Origin: Octopus vulgaris
Taxonomy: Eukaryota
Assembly (NCBI GenBank): GCA_951406725.2
Contig: OX597815.1
Span: 102,424,001-102,488,000, forward strand
Direction: 5' to 3'
Length of the DNA stretch: 64,000 nt
In this document: positions 63,573 to 64,000 of the stretch, one piece after another
Layout: every line of letters starts with the position of its first letter
How positions within the stretch are numbered: position 1 is the first letter of the stretch
Notes under the pieces: generated by a model
What the model was told of the DNA's origin: nothing
Databases searched by the model: none
The model's input: only the letters and a program-made list of their open reading frames with translations
Translations under genes and position numbers: made by a program

Positions 63573-64000
63573 TCTCTATATATAAAACTGTAGTTGTGTG
63601 AGTGTCTGTCCCCTTCGATTTAGATTCCTAACTACTCCCACATTTTGCGGTGCAGTTTAACCAAATTTGGGTATCTTATAGTCGTGATTCATATCGAGCC
63701 CGTCTGAGTATTAGCGCGCGTCTACGATGAGTCTACGATTTTAAAAATAATTTAACATCATTTTTTTATTCCATTTTAATGCATAATTTTTCGTGTGTCG
63801 ATGGCGGCGGAGTTGGCGTCCATGGTCACACCTGCACCTGTTTGCTTCTCCCCCTTCTTCCCTCCCTCGTGAAGCTGTGGGGAAGGGAGTGTAAGGAAAT
63901 CAACGTCGTAAAGCGTTGTCAAGGAGACCAGCGTTCATTTAGAACAACGACTTCATGGCTTGAAGACACCAAAACAGAAATGGCTAAGAAAGCCCGAATT
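63573..64000 (+). mobile_element. Probable Helitron 5' end (runs off the window)
   Basis: A|TCTCTATATATAAAACTG start resembles metazoan Helitron 5' termini; CpG-rich, young-looking sequence; 3' end not visible. Confidence 0.5.

Overview
AT-rich, repeat-dominated eukaryotic DNA. The SINE families, RTE LINEs with (GAT)n tails and very dense microsatellites suggest an octopus or other coleoid cephalopod genome (inference from recalled repeat content, not a search). Only one intact cellular ORF is supported: an uninterrupted isochorismatase/cysteine-hydrolase CDS (36807-37475, +). It keeps the Asp-Lys-Cys triad and carries an unusual CxxC-x12-CxxC insertion. It lies near the 3' end of a ~20 kb CpG-depleted domain, probably a methylated gene body. 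The rest is transposon debris: a TSD/TIR-bounded hAT whose transposase resembles oomycete/algal hATs, RTE, CR1, Dong/R4, HERO and CRE LINE fragments, a decayed BEL/Pao element, Penelope-type remnants with minimal hammerhead-ribozyme folds, a piggyBac-type MITE, a Helitron 5' end and many SINEs. Structures not explained by these calls include a decayed 21-bp heptad (coiled-coil) array next to the gene and several foldback palindromes. Nearly all ORF-track entries are microsatellite or antisense artefacts. Family calls rest on motifs recognised by eye, and most TE boundaries are approximate.
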